Counted from the stretch's first letter, positions 25,634 through 39,989 are shown. The stretch is DNA of 64,000 bases from Stegostoma tigrinum (GCF_030684315.1 NC_081362.1:3220228-3284227), one strand, 5' to 3'. The notes: generated by a model from the sequence alone, not told the origin. Program-made: numbers and translations.

Positions 25634-25981
25634 CTCCCCTTAGCCTTCTCTGCTCCCAACTTCTCCATTCTTTTCTCCTCTGAAATTCCTCATCCATTTT
25701 TGTAAATCTTTTCTGAACTTCCCCTCCAATCCCTTCACATGCATCCCGAAGAGCGGGGCGCAGCACTGGGGAAAATCCTCCGGCTGAGGCAAACTAATAT
25801 CTTACGCAAGATTTTTTTAACCAAACGATCTCTATTAGTGAGGAAGGGTCCTGATTTACAGCATCCGCAGTTCTTTCGGTTTTGATCTCTGTTAGTGGTT
25901 AAATCTTTGTGAAGTAGCGCTCACAGTTCTGTGCGGGCTAGCAGTATATGAGCTCACACACAACTGAGAGAGTGCCAAGGC

Positions 25982-26108
25982 GATAGCTGGAACTGCCGAT
26001 GCTGGAGTCTGAGATAACAAGGTGTGAAGCTGGATGAACACAGCAGGCCAAGCAGCATCAAAGGAGCAGGAAGGCTGACGTTTCGGGTCCAGACCCTTCT
26101 TCAGAAAT
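25982..26108 (-). mobile_element. PLE end (hammerhead + tail)
   Basis: Homologous to 18938-19067. Flanked by the direct repeat ccaaggc. Confidence 0.8.
26077..26104 (-). ncRNA. Hammerhead core in a PLE end fragment
   Basis: Minus strand reads CUGAAGA-A-GGGUCUGGACCC-GAAAC-GUC. Confidence 0.7.
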
Positions 26109-29100
26109 ACCAAGGCAGGCAAGCGGCAAATAAGGACCATGGTATCCTGAAGTTCATACACACACGGAGGTAGGCTGAAGACGTCAGTGAAGGAGGGTTC
26201 AGTGCGAGGAAGGGGAGTGAACTTGGGGTCAGGTGTACCGTGGAACCCCCTTCTCCCCGGCCCCAGCTCCCTTCTCCCTCACAACAGCCTGCCCCACATT
26301 TCTTCCAGACGACCCTTCACCCCCACCGCGACGGTAAAATAGCGATTGGAGGTGAGGGGTCGGATGAGGCACTTAAGCGACCGTTAATTGGCCGCCTCTG
26401 ATCCAAAGGCGGGGCGTGGGGGATTGGAGGACCTTGGGACCTCCATCACGCACCCATCAAATTATTGAGACAGATTGAGAGAGGGTGGGACAGCAGTGGA
26501 CAGACTACACACTGCATTCTCTTGCCCTACACCAACCCGCGCCCCAACCTTCAAACCCACTGACAGAGGGGCTTGCAACACCCATCCATATCTGGTAGTG
26601 TCCCTAACTCTGAGCCTGAAGATCTAGTATCAAATCCCAACTACCCCGGAGCTGTGCTCTGAACAGGTTAAAAAAAACCCTTCGCGGTTTTCTCTTCTCT
26701 ATGTGCATAATATTGATTACAAACATTGTACTTGAAACAATGCTAAACACAAGGTAAGGTTGTAGTTAATAATCTTTAAAACAAAAGTCAATATTTACTC
26801 TGAAGTCTTTAGGAACCCAGAAACAGGTTGAAATGTTGAATCACTTGATCTGGATTCGCGTTCTGTGAATTATCCCTTAAAAGCTTTGTTTCATAAAAAT
26901 CAATCAATGTCAAGTTTAAAGTTAACCATCAGCCACAAGTATGAGCCGTGCATTGCAAACATTCGACTTCAGCATCAGTGTGTGGAGCTGGTTCCTAGTT
27001 ACGCTCCTGGAAAGCCTGTTTCAGATGGCAGTAAATTTTCAGCTACTTGTGTGCTCACCTGTCACAGATTCACTTATTCACACAGCATTGCCTGTACACC
27101 TTTCACTGACTGTGCGCGTACAGTTCGCTTACCTGCGGACTTAAAGGAAAAATGAAGAATGGAACTTACTTTCCGGAGTAAACGTGTGCTCTGCACTGCG
27201 CGTGTACTGCCGGTGGCCTACATGCCATGTCCACCGTTTGGGAAAATCATTGATCGCAACGTTCTTCAGGAACGCACCCCTTAGCAATGGCTCGACTTCA
27301 CCATTTGTCCCTTCGCCCTAGACCTCCCCCAGCGAGCGGAAATACTTCCCGTCTGTCTTGAAAACTTTGACCAACTCCTTTCATTCCTGGAGGAATACAA
27401 GCCTAGTTCATGGAATCTCTCCTTGTAGTTTAATTGAGGTCCAGGTATCAGCCTGGTATATGTACTCCCTCGGAGATCAACACCTCCTTCCCAACAAGTA
27501 GAGCACAGAACTGCAAATGCAGAACTCCACGTTTTCAGCGAAATGATGGCTGTTATCATTTATGTGAATTCATAGTTACTGACAGTAAATACAGATCACT
27601 CTTCATGTAGCATTCAGTCAATAAAATGTTATCATTGCAATCCAAGTTACAGGCAATGCTCTTCCATTCATTGTAGTGGCCAGTAACGTATTTAATTCAG
27701 TGCAACAATCATTACAATTTGGAAATTGCCTCAGTGGTTGTAAAATGCTTTGGGATATCCTGGGATAGTGAAAGAGGCTATATAAATGCACATTTTTTTC
27801 TCAATATCATTGTAATATGATGCTACATTAATTTGTCCTTTGGGCTTTCATAGCTGCATCTGGCAATGTATATTGCTGCTATAATTATTTTTCTCAAAAA
27901 GAGGGAAGGGATTTATCCATTTATACGTAAGTAGTAATTAACAGCAGCAATTTAATAGCTTAAATTCAAAACATTAATCTGTATCCAGATTCACTTAACA
28001 TTGATGAAATTCTTGTGCTTTGTTCTTGTATTTCGGTAACTTTGGATCTTGCCTTTTAACATATTACTTTGCTTTGTCAATGTGGAGGTTGTTTTCACAG
28101 GAAAATAAGGAAAATTCATTGAAGTCAAACAGTTGTTCCTTTTCTTCAAAATACAGACCATATAATTGAAGAGTGTAGACGTTAAGTAAATACTGTTTAC
28201 TGTTCTTACCAGCAGCTTTCACCTACAATCAAGATAAGTAGCAAATAAATGTTTTGGGAAAGAAAGCATGATTTTTCACTACACCAATGGCTCCCACAGA
28301 AAGTGACAATTAATCAGGAGAATGAAAATGCCTTTTTGCTTTCAATGGTGGGAAGCCTCTCCACTCTTTTATGGATTCTGTGAGGTGGATGAATAAAAGA
28401 TAGAAATAAAGAAGATAGGAACAGGAGCAGGCCATTCAATCCCTCAAACTCTGCCATTCACCATGATCATAGCTGATGATTGATCTCCTTCCCTATCCCT
28501 TGATCCCTTTAACTACAAGAGTTATATCTATCTTCTTCATGAAAACACATAATGTTTAATCTTCAATCACTTGCAATGGTATTGAATTCCATAGCCTCAC
28601 CACTTTCTGGGTGAAGGAAGTTCTCACCTCAGATCTGAAAGGTTATTATCCTTAAACTATGATCACAGATTCTGCACGACCCCGCCATCAGGAACATCCT
28701 TCCTACATCAAACCTGCTGGAGTCCTAGGTTGGATACTGCCCAGTGGAATCAAATGTCATTGTTGTACAGCAATAATTTGACAATCACTGCTGCATTCGG
28801 TTTCCTTGTTCATTTTCAGGCTTAAGCCAGCAAAAGTAAAACAGAATTCTTGACCAATCTGGTTGCCCTATGAAGATACTGATAGTACATTTCCCGGAAC
28901 TGATGACTCTCTGAGCTGATAGTATTCCCTGATGGCATGAAATGTTTTGAGCACTCATATCTGCTTCTCACCTTCACCTCCCTAAATCATTGACTGTACA
29001 GAATTTAACCCTCTTTGACTTTCCATCTGTTTCTCCTTCTTTAATCATCTTCTTAAAACTAACTTTGTAATAAAGTTTTCTTGTAACTTGTTCCAATGTT

Positions 29101-30059
29101 CCCTTCTTTGACAGGGTGTTAATTATTTCTTGATTTTGCTCTTTTGGGTGGAAAGGTTTGCTATTGTAAAGGGAGAATACCAATGTAAGTAGCAGATTGC
29201 AAATGCTAGAATATGGGTCCCATGAAAATGTAAGAGCAGTGATAGATTCCAGTTCCGGTGTGTGCATTGGAAGGCACAGATTTGCTATGTTTGTCCTTCT
29301 CCCAGTGGTTCAGATTGCAATGTAATGAGTTGCTTTTGAAGTAACTTTGACAAAACTCTGCAGTGTATCCTGTGTCTCACAAATGCTGCAGTGATCTTCA
29401 GTGGTCTGGATGGTGTCAGGCTTCCTGAACATGTTAGCTGTACCCCACACCAGATGGATGTGCTTTCTAAGACATTACTGCAATGACCTTTACAGATTGT
29501 GATTAACCTTAAAGGGTCGGGGAGTGGTGGTGGATCTTTTTTCACAGTGGATCTAAACTGTGCCCTGTCGTTGAAGACACAAGCCTGCTGTGATTGGTCA
29601 AAATACTGTCTTCATTTTTTAAAAAAATCTTGCGTAAGATGTGAGCACTGCTGACCAGACCAGCAGTTATTGCTCACTCCCAATTTCCCTTGGAAGCTGG
29701 TGGTGAATTCAGTTGAATTCTGTCCATGTGCTGTTACAGAGGGAGGTCCAGGATTCTGCCCCTGCAAATGTGAAGGAATGGTGCTCTATTTTCAAGTCAG
29801 GATTGTGAGTAGCTGTGGCTTTCCAATGTATCTGCTGCTCTTGTCCTTCTAGATTGTAATGATAATCAGTTTTAAATGTACTGTTGAAGGATGATTGGTG
29901 AGTTGCTGCAGTACATCTTGGAGATGGTGGTGGAGTGGTTTTGAGGTGGTAAATGGGCTGCTTTGTCCTGGACGGTGCTAACAATCTTGAGTGTTATTGG
30001 ATTAACAATCATCTAAGCAAGTGAAAGACTTGATTCCTGACTCTGCTTCAAACCATTCT

Positions 30060-30420
30060 TTCTTCATTCTTTCAAGAGATGTGAACATCGCTAGCAACTC
30101 CAGCATTTGTTGCCCATTCCTAATTATCCTTGCACTGAATGGCTTTCTCTGCAGTTCAGAGGGCCGTTATCAGTCAATCACATTGCTGTAGGTGTGGAGT
30201 CACATGTAGGCCAGGCCAGGTAAGAATGGTAGATTACTTTTCCCTAAAGAGTAATAGTGAACCAGATGGGCTTTTACTATGATTGATGATAGTTTAACGG
30301 TCACATGACTGATTCTAACTTTCAATTCCATATTTATTAACTGAATGAATTTTCATTCCAACAGTTGCCCTGGTGGGATTGAAATGAGGACAGTGACATT
30401 ACCACAATGCATTAACTCCC
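30060..30420 (-). mobile_element. tRNA-derived SINE with LINE-shared tail
   Basis: Reverse similarity to 23570-23855. Confidence 0.65.
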
Positions 30421-33400
30421 ACTACCTTGTAAACATAGCATTTATCAAGAGGGTTTGGTTAAGTTGTTGTTGAACCACAGGATGTCGATAATGGGTTATA
30501 CAGTGGTAATAATGCTATTGAGTGTTAAGGGATATGATTAGATTTTCTGATGATGGATATGGTCATTGACCAACAATTGTGTGGTGCACTTTTTATGGTT
30601 TTTCAGCCCAAGCCTGAATATTGCCCAGGTCTCAATGCGTTGGACTCATTCCTGTGCTATATTGTGCCACATGTTTATACTCCAGTGTACTTGCTTTTTA
30701 TTTTGACTGCTTTGGACTTTTGAAACAGCCTTGGCCAATTAAAATATTTTGTCCATGGTTTTTGCCACCGCCATTTAACAATCGATTGGCAGGTTTTATA
30801 ATTCTCTGTCTCTAAAAAGGACAACAGAATGTAAGACGTAAATCATGATTTCTATTGGGCTCATTTAATGTTTGTATTGTAATGTATGTATGTGACAAAT
30901 GACCATGTTACAGTATATATAATGAATGTCAGGATCTTGTGTAATCATTTTCAGATTATCTCACTGTAAACCTGCAATAATTACACTACAAATGCCTTTG
31001 ATGTTCTTCTATAAATATCACACTATTGTGAGTGACTGTGAGCTGCTAAGTTACTGTAGAAATTCAGTGAGTTCTTAACAGAACTCGATACTTCAAAACA
31101 GCATTCCAATTTCACTGCAGCTTCCAATGAGTTTCCTTTTCTCACTGTTCCTGACAACACAGAAATGTTCGAATCAACCAGTGATACAAGAGCTAAACAT
31201 TAACAAGAAAATTGCTACTGACAGCAAAATGCAACTTTTCTTTATGCCCCCTCCAGATGTAGGGCTTTGGCTGAAAATCGCAATATTTATACCATTAGTT
31301 ATATAAACTAAAGGTACAATGTGAATTACAAGTAGTAACACTGACAGAAAGGGGAGTCATTGTTCAATCCTGGGTTTCAGACGACACTCATAAATGAGTT
31401 GAGCTTCACTCTTATTGCTTCATTGGTGTCTGCTGTATCACACAATAGCTTTCATTTTATATCTTGCCAATCATTATTATGAATAATATAAAAAATGCGA
31501 TGAACTTAACAATAAACACCTCAAACATCTGTTTCTATCCTTGATTGTAATTTTCAATGTTTTTTGAAAATTTTCCTTCAGAGTCCCACTCTCTGCAAGT
31601 TTGGTGATGTATTTAATATAAGTTTGCATCTGAGTCTGCAAATCTTCACATTTGATGATACATAACATATTTTGTTGAAACATAAGCTGTACTGAAATGT
31701 TACTGCAATGAACACTTTTATTCCTAACCCTATCATACCTTAATCAAAGATTAATATTTCACGTGTTAGAGGTTGAAGTTGAAATAAGATTTTTTGACTA
31801 TCTATTTCTTTGGTTGTAGTTACATGAATTTGTTTTCTAAAATGAAAGATAAAAGTTTAATGGATTCAATTTTCTTCCAAAAGCAAGCATAAAATCTATT
31901 CAAAGATTCTAAGATTTCTTTAAATGCTGCAAGGTTAGAATTTTACTGTAATTATTTTTATTTTCACCTTATAACCAGGGAAATTAGTCTTTAATCATCA
32001 AACAAGACAATACAAAGTAATCCAAAATGTGTTTTGAGAACAGATTTTAATGCTGTATAGTATAAAGATGACCAAGCTTGGCATGGATTTCATTTTGACT
32101 TTTACAAGACTTGTTTTAAACATAACATCTTGTTAGTATTTTGCTCAGCAATTGCTTCATAGTCCAGACCTCCAGTCCAAAGAAAATATTCCAACAGTTT
32201 ACGAAAGCCTAAATTCTTCTTATAAAGTAGAAAAGTGCGCTTTTCAACATTGAACATTGTGAGTTTTCATACTTATAAATGTCAGGGACAGCTGTAATAC
32301 ATGTTGGTTGATTGACAGCACAATTCCAGGAATGAAGTACACATTTTCAGCTTTTAATTGTTTGTGTTTATCTACCTTATTATCTTTTGACGTGCATTTG
32401 AAATGTTTTATGCAAGTAAGTTTGAGTGCAGAAATATTTGTAAATATGTATTCATGTTTACAAATGATTTGGATGACCTCAACTTGAATATGTTAACTTA
32501 AAACATTTAATGCTGGGATTCAATTAATTTGTGACAGTTTTAATTATTTTATTGAGTAAGAGAAAAATGAATATATTTGAGAGTAACATTCAACACGCGA
32601 ATGTTGTATGCGTAAATTAATGTACTTTACTATATAAATATATTTGTACAACTGTTGATTGTGAAAAATTAGAATCTTTTCACTATTCTGAAATGAATCA
32701 TTTTAACAAGATACAAATAACCAGACACCTAAAAGATTAAGTATATAATAACTCATGTGCATGCATTTGAAAACATCGGGCGTGTTTATACCGTGCAAAT
32801 TCACACTTTGGTATAAATTCTTCTAAGTCTCTTTATTACTAACCCTAAAGGAGTTAAGTATCACTATCACTTTGGAGACACGAGCATATAATCTATTAAA
32901 CATTCAACAGCCCAGTTACACTCCCAGGTTCTCGTTTTTCTTTCAGTGTAGATGTTGGAAGAGCTAAACAAAAACTTCTAAACAATTTATATTTCGGCGA
33001 CTGGTTTAGATTTATTGTTAGAGATCACACAGGGTTCTAAACAAAAATCTTTACGATTATAATGCACAATGCAGAGCAAATAAACAGCGAAGGAGTTTCG
33101 CCGATTAGCGTATACTCGATTACCATTTGCACAGGATTTTACACTAACAGGTCCGTTTGGGGGAAAAAAACTGACGCTAGGAGCTTTTAACAAATGTTAA
33201 AAAGGGGTTGGGTGATTAGGTTACCTCACCGCAATAAATACCATTCCCGAGTACATGCAAAAGACAACTGTTCCACAAGAGAGACCCGTTTTTTTAAAAA
33301 CAAAATCACTAATGTTGCATATGGTTTGGATGCGACGTTCAAACTTCTGTGGAAACGTCTCAGTGTGAGGCAGGGAGACAGCCGCCTGCACGTGAACAGC

Positions 33401-36400
33401 ATGGATCGGGAGAAAAGTCTGAGAGAATACGATGCCTCCTGCAGAACTTGTTACTCACCCTTTGCAACTTGTACCCAAGGAGCCCCTTAGGACGAGTTTA
33501 ACAAATATCCCACTGAAACAGATCGGCGGGCCGTGGCAAATCCCTGAAATAAATGCGAAATAAATGTTGCAGCTGCATATATAACGTCCGGCCATCGAAA
33601 AGCTCGCAAATACTTTTCGAAAAATGACATAACTTGGAAGAATTTTTAAATAAGTGCATGCCTTACAGAACCGAAACCGCGACCACGTAAATTAAACACG
33701 AGAGAGCGTGGAAGTAAAATGAACCAGTTTTACATTTGCCCTTTTATGAGAGGAGAGACTGGGAAAGTGGAAATAGAGAGTTAATTGTGAATATAACTGA
33801 TTGACCTCAAATATCCCAAAGTATTTGTAAGGCAAAAGTATACGAGAAAGTGTTGGCAAACTACGGTGCTGTGCGAATTTCTTCCAGCAATTCAAACTCT
33901 GGTACTTTTAAATTAGCATCAATCACGGAAATATTGCTTAATTTAGACTCCCAATTATTCTTTGATCTACAATGCTTCAGAAATGCGTCAATTAATTAAT
34001 TTAAAAGATTACAGATTAAAGCACCATTTACAATGAATCTCTGGCAGCGACACCTGTACAAAAACATGAAAAGTTTCGTAAACTCGCTAAAAGAACAGCA
34101 AGACGGGGTCCCGCGGATAACGAACGCCTTATTATATAGGGCCCAATATTTATAGTGACTGTTGAAACGTAATGATGACAGTTACTCTAAAATTTATGTA
34201 GGATAGATTATGTCTGATTGAGACCCTAATATATACTTCCAATTCAAGGACTGGACATTCTCTAAATTATGCATTTATAACAGCCAATGAATCGTAATAT
34301 AGTTCATATGTGAAGACGAGGGATTTCCACTTAAATTACAAGAGGAAAGCATTGTTTTGATGTCGCTTTTGTTTAGTTTCTGCCGTTTGTACAATTTGAC
34401 TTTCCAAACGCCACTGCCTCGATTCAAGTGTATATTTTCCATCTTAAAAATTGTACAGACCGTCTCTCATTGTGACATCGGTGATAACGGTCGACCTGTT
34501 TCTGCCCAAGTTTTAATATGTTGTCCGAAACGGCTGTTCCTACAGCCGCATATCTTGTGACTTTATACAGAGCGCCGGGGAGATTTACAGAGGGACCGTG
34601 TGACAGTTGCAGGGACACGGCCTATTCCTGTGAATTAACATGATCGCCCCCTCCCTTAACTCAGTCAGCAGTTGACGTGGGTTGCAAGTGGGGAACAGAA
34701 TGTACGATTCGGTCATTTATGTTTTAATTGCAAAAAGTTCCATGCGTCGCGTGAGATTCTGTAAATACAAGATCTCTGTGTTTAACCCCAGATATTCAGT
34801 AAACTTTTCTTTTTAAAAAAATAAACTTGAGAAAGACGCTAAATTAAGCGTAACAATCCTAAATCGCCACCCCTCACCGTTTTGCTTATGCTGTAAAATA
34901 TTTGCGTTAGTCGGGGTTTGCTGTTGCTGCGCCGATGGCCTGTAGACGGCGCCAGTGAGAAGGCACATTGAGACTGGCGTAAATCCCCAGTCAGTCCTCC
35001 CTGACCGTTTCTGAACAGGTCATTCTATAGAAATTCCCGCGGGTTCAAGTCCTTCTGGCGACATTCCCTCAAGCTTAAACTGGTCGTTCCATGGTACTTA
35101 ACAAGCCCCGCTCAGTTTAATTCGTTGTGTTCGCAAGTTACTCACGGTTAATGAGGGAGGGTAAAATAACTGGGGGAGGTCGGGGCGGAGAAGTTGTCTG
35201 ATGCGTTTCGTAAAAGGAGCTTTTTAAAAGAGAGAGAGAGAAAAAAATCAGCAATGCTCCCACAGTGAGACACAACAAGCGCATTGGGCTTTGCAAAATA
35301 TTAACGTGTTACAGGGTAAAATATTGTTCTGCAGAGACTGTGATGACTTTTAATACGTTCAGCGTGTGCCACATTCTACAGAGATCTCTCAGTGCTGAAA
35401 ATATTGCTTCATTAACTATCTTGCTCAGACAATCTCCCCTCACGTCTTGCGTTGCTTTTTAGCTTGTCTCCGTCCATTTACGTTTACTTCGAAATGAAGC
35501 AGGGAATTTCAATAACAAAAGTTCTCGCTGTGCTCACGGACGTATTATAAATATCATTCACGCCTCAATGTCACTTAATTACGTTCACAACTTTGCGAGG
35601 ATAAATTCACCCAGGGCTAGCTAGCGCCTCGCAGCCAAAGGGGAGCTCAAACCGGATCCAAATGTAAACTGGCGTTTTCTTTTCTCTTATTATATAGTGG
35701 CCTTTCTCTCCCCTTTTGCTTTGATTCCTTGATTACGGAGTCTCGATTTATTTTATTGTTCTGAAACAAAAGCGTTTGGATTAATTTCCCTGTCTCTTCT
35801 CTCCCCCCTCGATGCTCACTGTGCAGGGAATCTATCTCGCTGCCGAGTTGCTGGAAGTATTTTTTGGCTAGGAGTGTGGAATTGTGCTAGCGCCTTGTTA
35901 CCCAGGACGACCTCTGGATGACACAGGGAGTGGACAAGGCAGCCCACTGTTTCATAGAGGCATTTCACCTCTCCCCTACCCCCCACTCAATTCCCCCCCC
36001 CCCCCCGAACCCATCAATAAACATCTAGAGCACTCACTCGTCTCTCGAAAAAGCAACTCGCAAATAGACAAATAACGAGGGAAGGATCTTGCAAACAGCT
36101 CTCACATCCAAAACAAAATAGACTGTGGTGGGTTTGTGCCGTCATTTCGCGAGGCGTGTGATTGTCAATTTATTTAGAAGAGCATTTACGGTGAATCTAA
36201 CTTTGTGGCGATGATTTTTTGATGGCTACGAGGGAGGGTACAATTAGGTCAGTGTTTTAAACTGATCAGGAAGAAAGCGATCCTTTATGGATTTGTACTT
36301 TGGCCATATATGTTAAAAAAAGGGTGAAATGTTTAAGAATTGGCCGATTATTCCTGAACTAATGACTTTGATCATCTTTACTCCTTCTGTAGCTGTCTCC

Positions 36401-38424
36401 CCCTTTCCTCCTAATGGTCAGATTCCTGCCACCCCCATCCCTCCCCAGCTCCCTTTTCCTGGATAGTCAGCAACAGCCTCAGATTGCAGATTGACCCCAG
36501 GGTGGAGAGAACCTGTGGTGGTACATCAAAGAGCAGAAGAACGGTGGGACGGAGAAGCGAGTGGACATCTGCCCTACTGTTCATTGCTCGGAGTCAAGGA
36601 TGACTCCCCCAACCCCCAACCCCATTGCAGTTCGCCGTGTGGGGAGACAGGCAGCACACTGCATCTTAAAACAACAACTCAACCAACTCCCAGTATCCCG
36701 AAGATACAATTAGACAAGGAGAATAAAAACTCCTAATACTCAACTGTCCGCCTGTTTGGAACTCCAAACACCAAATGAAAACTCAGCATTTGGCGATGAT
36801 TTTTATTTAGCACAGGCGATTCATAATTAAATTCCCAAACTGCCCATTCCCGAATTCATAGTTCTTCTTTTTCATCGCCTGGGTGATGACTTCCACCAAA
36901 GATCTTTTTGTTTTAGATTGTATGTGTTCTGAAGAGAAAGCGATTTTAAGAAAATAAAACGCTGTTTGCTATTCTACATTTAGGTCAACAAAAACAAGTT
37001 AAGTTTTAACGACCTAAACATACACAAACATAAAATACAAACATGTGCAAATAGGCAGTGATAGAATTGATAACGATACGACTATCTGCTAAATGCTGAA
37101 GACACGTTACGAATGGACATTAAAGACAAATTAAATATTGTACACATCTTAACTGAAGTCTCCGTGTTCAGAAGCTATGCTAGATCGGAAAGAGGTGCAT
37201 TTAAACGTGCTCCTTAATTTCCTCTACTTTTCAGTTGTGGTTTAATTGGCTGGCCTCTGTTCCCGTGGTTGCAATTGTATAAATGGAGGAGTATTTTGAA
37301 CAATGTGCACTCCGCGTTTCCAGCTCTCGGCGGCTTCTCTCCAAGTTACAGTTCGATTTTGACGATTAAAAAGACAGGAATGATTCTCCAATTAAAAGTT
37401 TGTGGACTGGTCTGGCAGATAATGTATAACAGAGATGGGACTTTGAAAATGACTTGAGTTAAAATTTTAGTCGCAGAATCTTTTATTTCGCCTTTTTAAT
37501 AGGCTTCTCCTTTAATAAGAGCAGGTTTTTGTTTCGCCTACTCGGTCGGAGCAGATCGGAGCCCGTTCTGCTCCTCAAGTTCTGATCTTAATGACTGTTT
37601 ACTGACTCTAAAAGCAAACGGTGTCCAAATGAGGCTTGGCTAAACAAAATCATATCGTTTAAATTTGGCCTGTAAAATTGGATATATACCAATATCTGGA
37701 GGAAGTGTTAGGAGACTGGTCACCATTCGAATGAGATTTGTAAATTTAAAATACAACGTTTTGAAATTTTTCATTCGCATTCAATTACTTTAAGTCTCCT
37801 TAAGAACCGCAAGAAAATAAAACAGTTTCTTACCTGAAACACTGGATTTTTAATGTGTGTATATATATACCTGTGGGTGCCCAGCTTGAGATCTGAAATC
37901 ATTTTCCGATGTCTGAGAGGGTGTCCGTCGGAGCTGTGTCGTTGGCAGGAATCAGATTTTGATTCTGTGATTTTAGTTTTTAAAACAAATAGTGTCTTTT
38001 TCTGATTTTCTAACTCAAAAGTAGCCACGGCTAGATGTTTCAATGTCCCAGAGCGGATTGTTTACGGGCGAAACATTTAGAAGCTGAAAACAGAAAGGGA
38101 AATTAACCCTTGCAACTTGAAGCGAGGACTCTGGGTCTGATAAAGATATGTTATTGTATTTATGAGCGGGGTTTCCCCTCCTCCCTCCCAAAATAAGCAG
38201 CTTTTTGGACAAAGTCTAAAAGACATTTTAAGAAATTCAACGTGTAACACTTTCAAAGAACAATGAGAAGCCCTTTTTTAACATTAAGTTATTCTCATGG
38301 ATTTAGTGAGGGGTCGGGGGAGGGATTTTACTCTGAAGACCCTGAGAGGGTTATTTTTTTTGGACAGTGTGAACCTGGTGGCACTCACTCACTGCTCCAC
38401 TGTGGATCCACCTCCCCATGCATC

Positions 38425-38530
38425 AGGCTGAGCCAATCCGCTCGGAGAGCCGTGCAGCCTGCTCTAATTGATCACCTGGGCAGCCAATCAGAGCGGGGAC
38501 TTCCCACGGCACGTTCTGATTGGGCGCTGG
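38425..38530. promoter_or_regulatory. Triple CCAAT (NF-Y) box cluster, candidate upstream or bidirectional promoter
   Basis: agCCAATcc 38433, cagCCAATcagag 38484 and ctgATTGGgc 38519 in CpG-rich sequence. Confidence 0.6.
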
Positions 38531-39979
38531 TTCCAGGTCCAGAGCCCACAGAGCTCCGGGCTGTCCCATTTTCCCGAGAAAACAGGGGAGCGGGAGAGTG
38601 AAAAACAATAAGCGACCACAACTTTATACAGCTTGGGGGTTCACCTTTTATAAAAAGTAACAGCTAACAACAGCAGGGCATGTGTTAAATTGTGAAATTC
38701 ACTTTGACTTCCAGGAGTAATAATTCCTAATGGGAAGTGACAAAAGCGAGAAACGTGAACTAAGATCACAGATTTGAGCAAGTGAATTGAAGATGTTATT
38801 CTTTACAAAAATCTCAAGTCATCCCCATCATTGATCGAATGAGAATTCTGCAAAAATAAACCAGGGCGAATATTATAAGGTGTGGACAGTAAACAAAGTG
38901 TGATTACCGGGAGAATCTGGACAAACGTGAATGACAAAGGTGGAATTTGAAGTGAACTTAGTCTGGCCACATTCATTCAGCAAACACCACTGAATATAAC
39001 ATTTCATTCCTCGGCGTGGTTTAACTACACAAGGGTCCAGGCAGCAATCTCAGCCTGCACCCGCCGCTGGGAGAGATATTACCGCACGAAATGACAAAGT
39101 CAATGTTTTGGAATGTTTTTTTTCAAGCTGAGGAAGTTGCAAAAGGGACAGAGAGAGTGGAGAGAATGATAAGGAGTCACAATAATGACAAAGCAGCTTT
39201 GTCCCGGGCAGTCTGAAGAGTTCACCACAAAGTGTGCGCGCAATTGATACATTGTCTTCAATTGTCAACACAGAATCTAAGCCCGGCATTTGGAGGGGGC
39301 TGTTGTTGTGGGGTGGATTGTGAATGTAAAATGTGCAGCTTCTGGGCTTTGCGTGTTTGCGAGCCGTACCTGCCTCCTGTTAAGCTTTACATTTGCTGGA
39401 GCTGGCATCTCCCCCCCCTCTCCCTGTGCCTGTGCCACCCCTCCTGTGCGAGAGAGATGAGGTAGTCCAGTGCGCCTTGTGTAAGACGCGACCTGTTATG
39501 GCCACCACTGCTTCCGGGTTCTAGCATTCTCTCCCAAATCCACCTCTGCCCTTGCAACACGGGGGCAGCAGCAGCGGCGCCGGGCCCTTTTAAACAGCTC
39601 CAAACTCCGGAGAGAGTGAGATTGGTCTTCCCCACCCCACCAACCACCATCCAACAACCACCTCCACCACCCCCCTCTCCCTGGCCCCCCCTCCCCCCTC
39701 CCCACCTCCCTCCAGCTCCCCCCAGCCCCAGCACCGGTCTCTCCCAGGCGCTGGTGCTGCTTCATTTACACACGAGTAGAGGCGATCGAGAGAGCTGGAG
39801 CTCCTGCGGGGGAGATCTTGCTGCCGTTACCAAGGGTGCCCTCCATCTCCCCTCCCCAAATCCCATTCCACTTACTCCCCCCCCCCCCACAACCAACATC
39901 CGCCCCCCCTCCCCGCCCCACATACACCCAGTGGAAGTGCACGGCGGATAATTCATTCACAACCTTGACAGCGTTGGTG

Positions 39980-39989
39980 TGATTGACAG
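39980..39989 (+). promoter_or_regulatory. PBX-MEIS/PREP decamer TGATTGACAG
   Basis: Exact match to the consensus, with a second TGACAG at 39966-39971. Confidence 0.7.
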
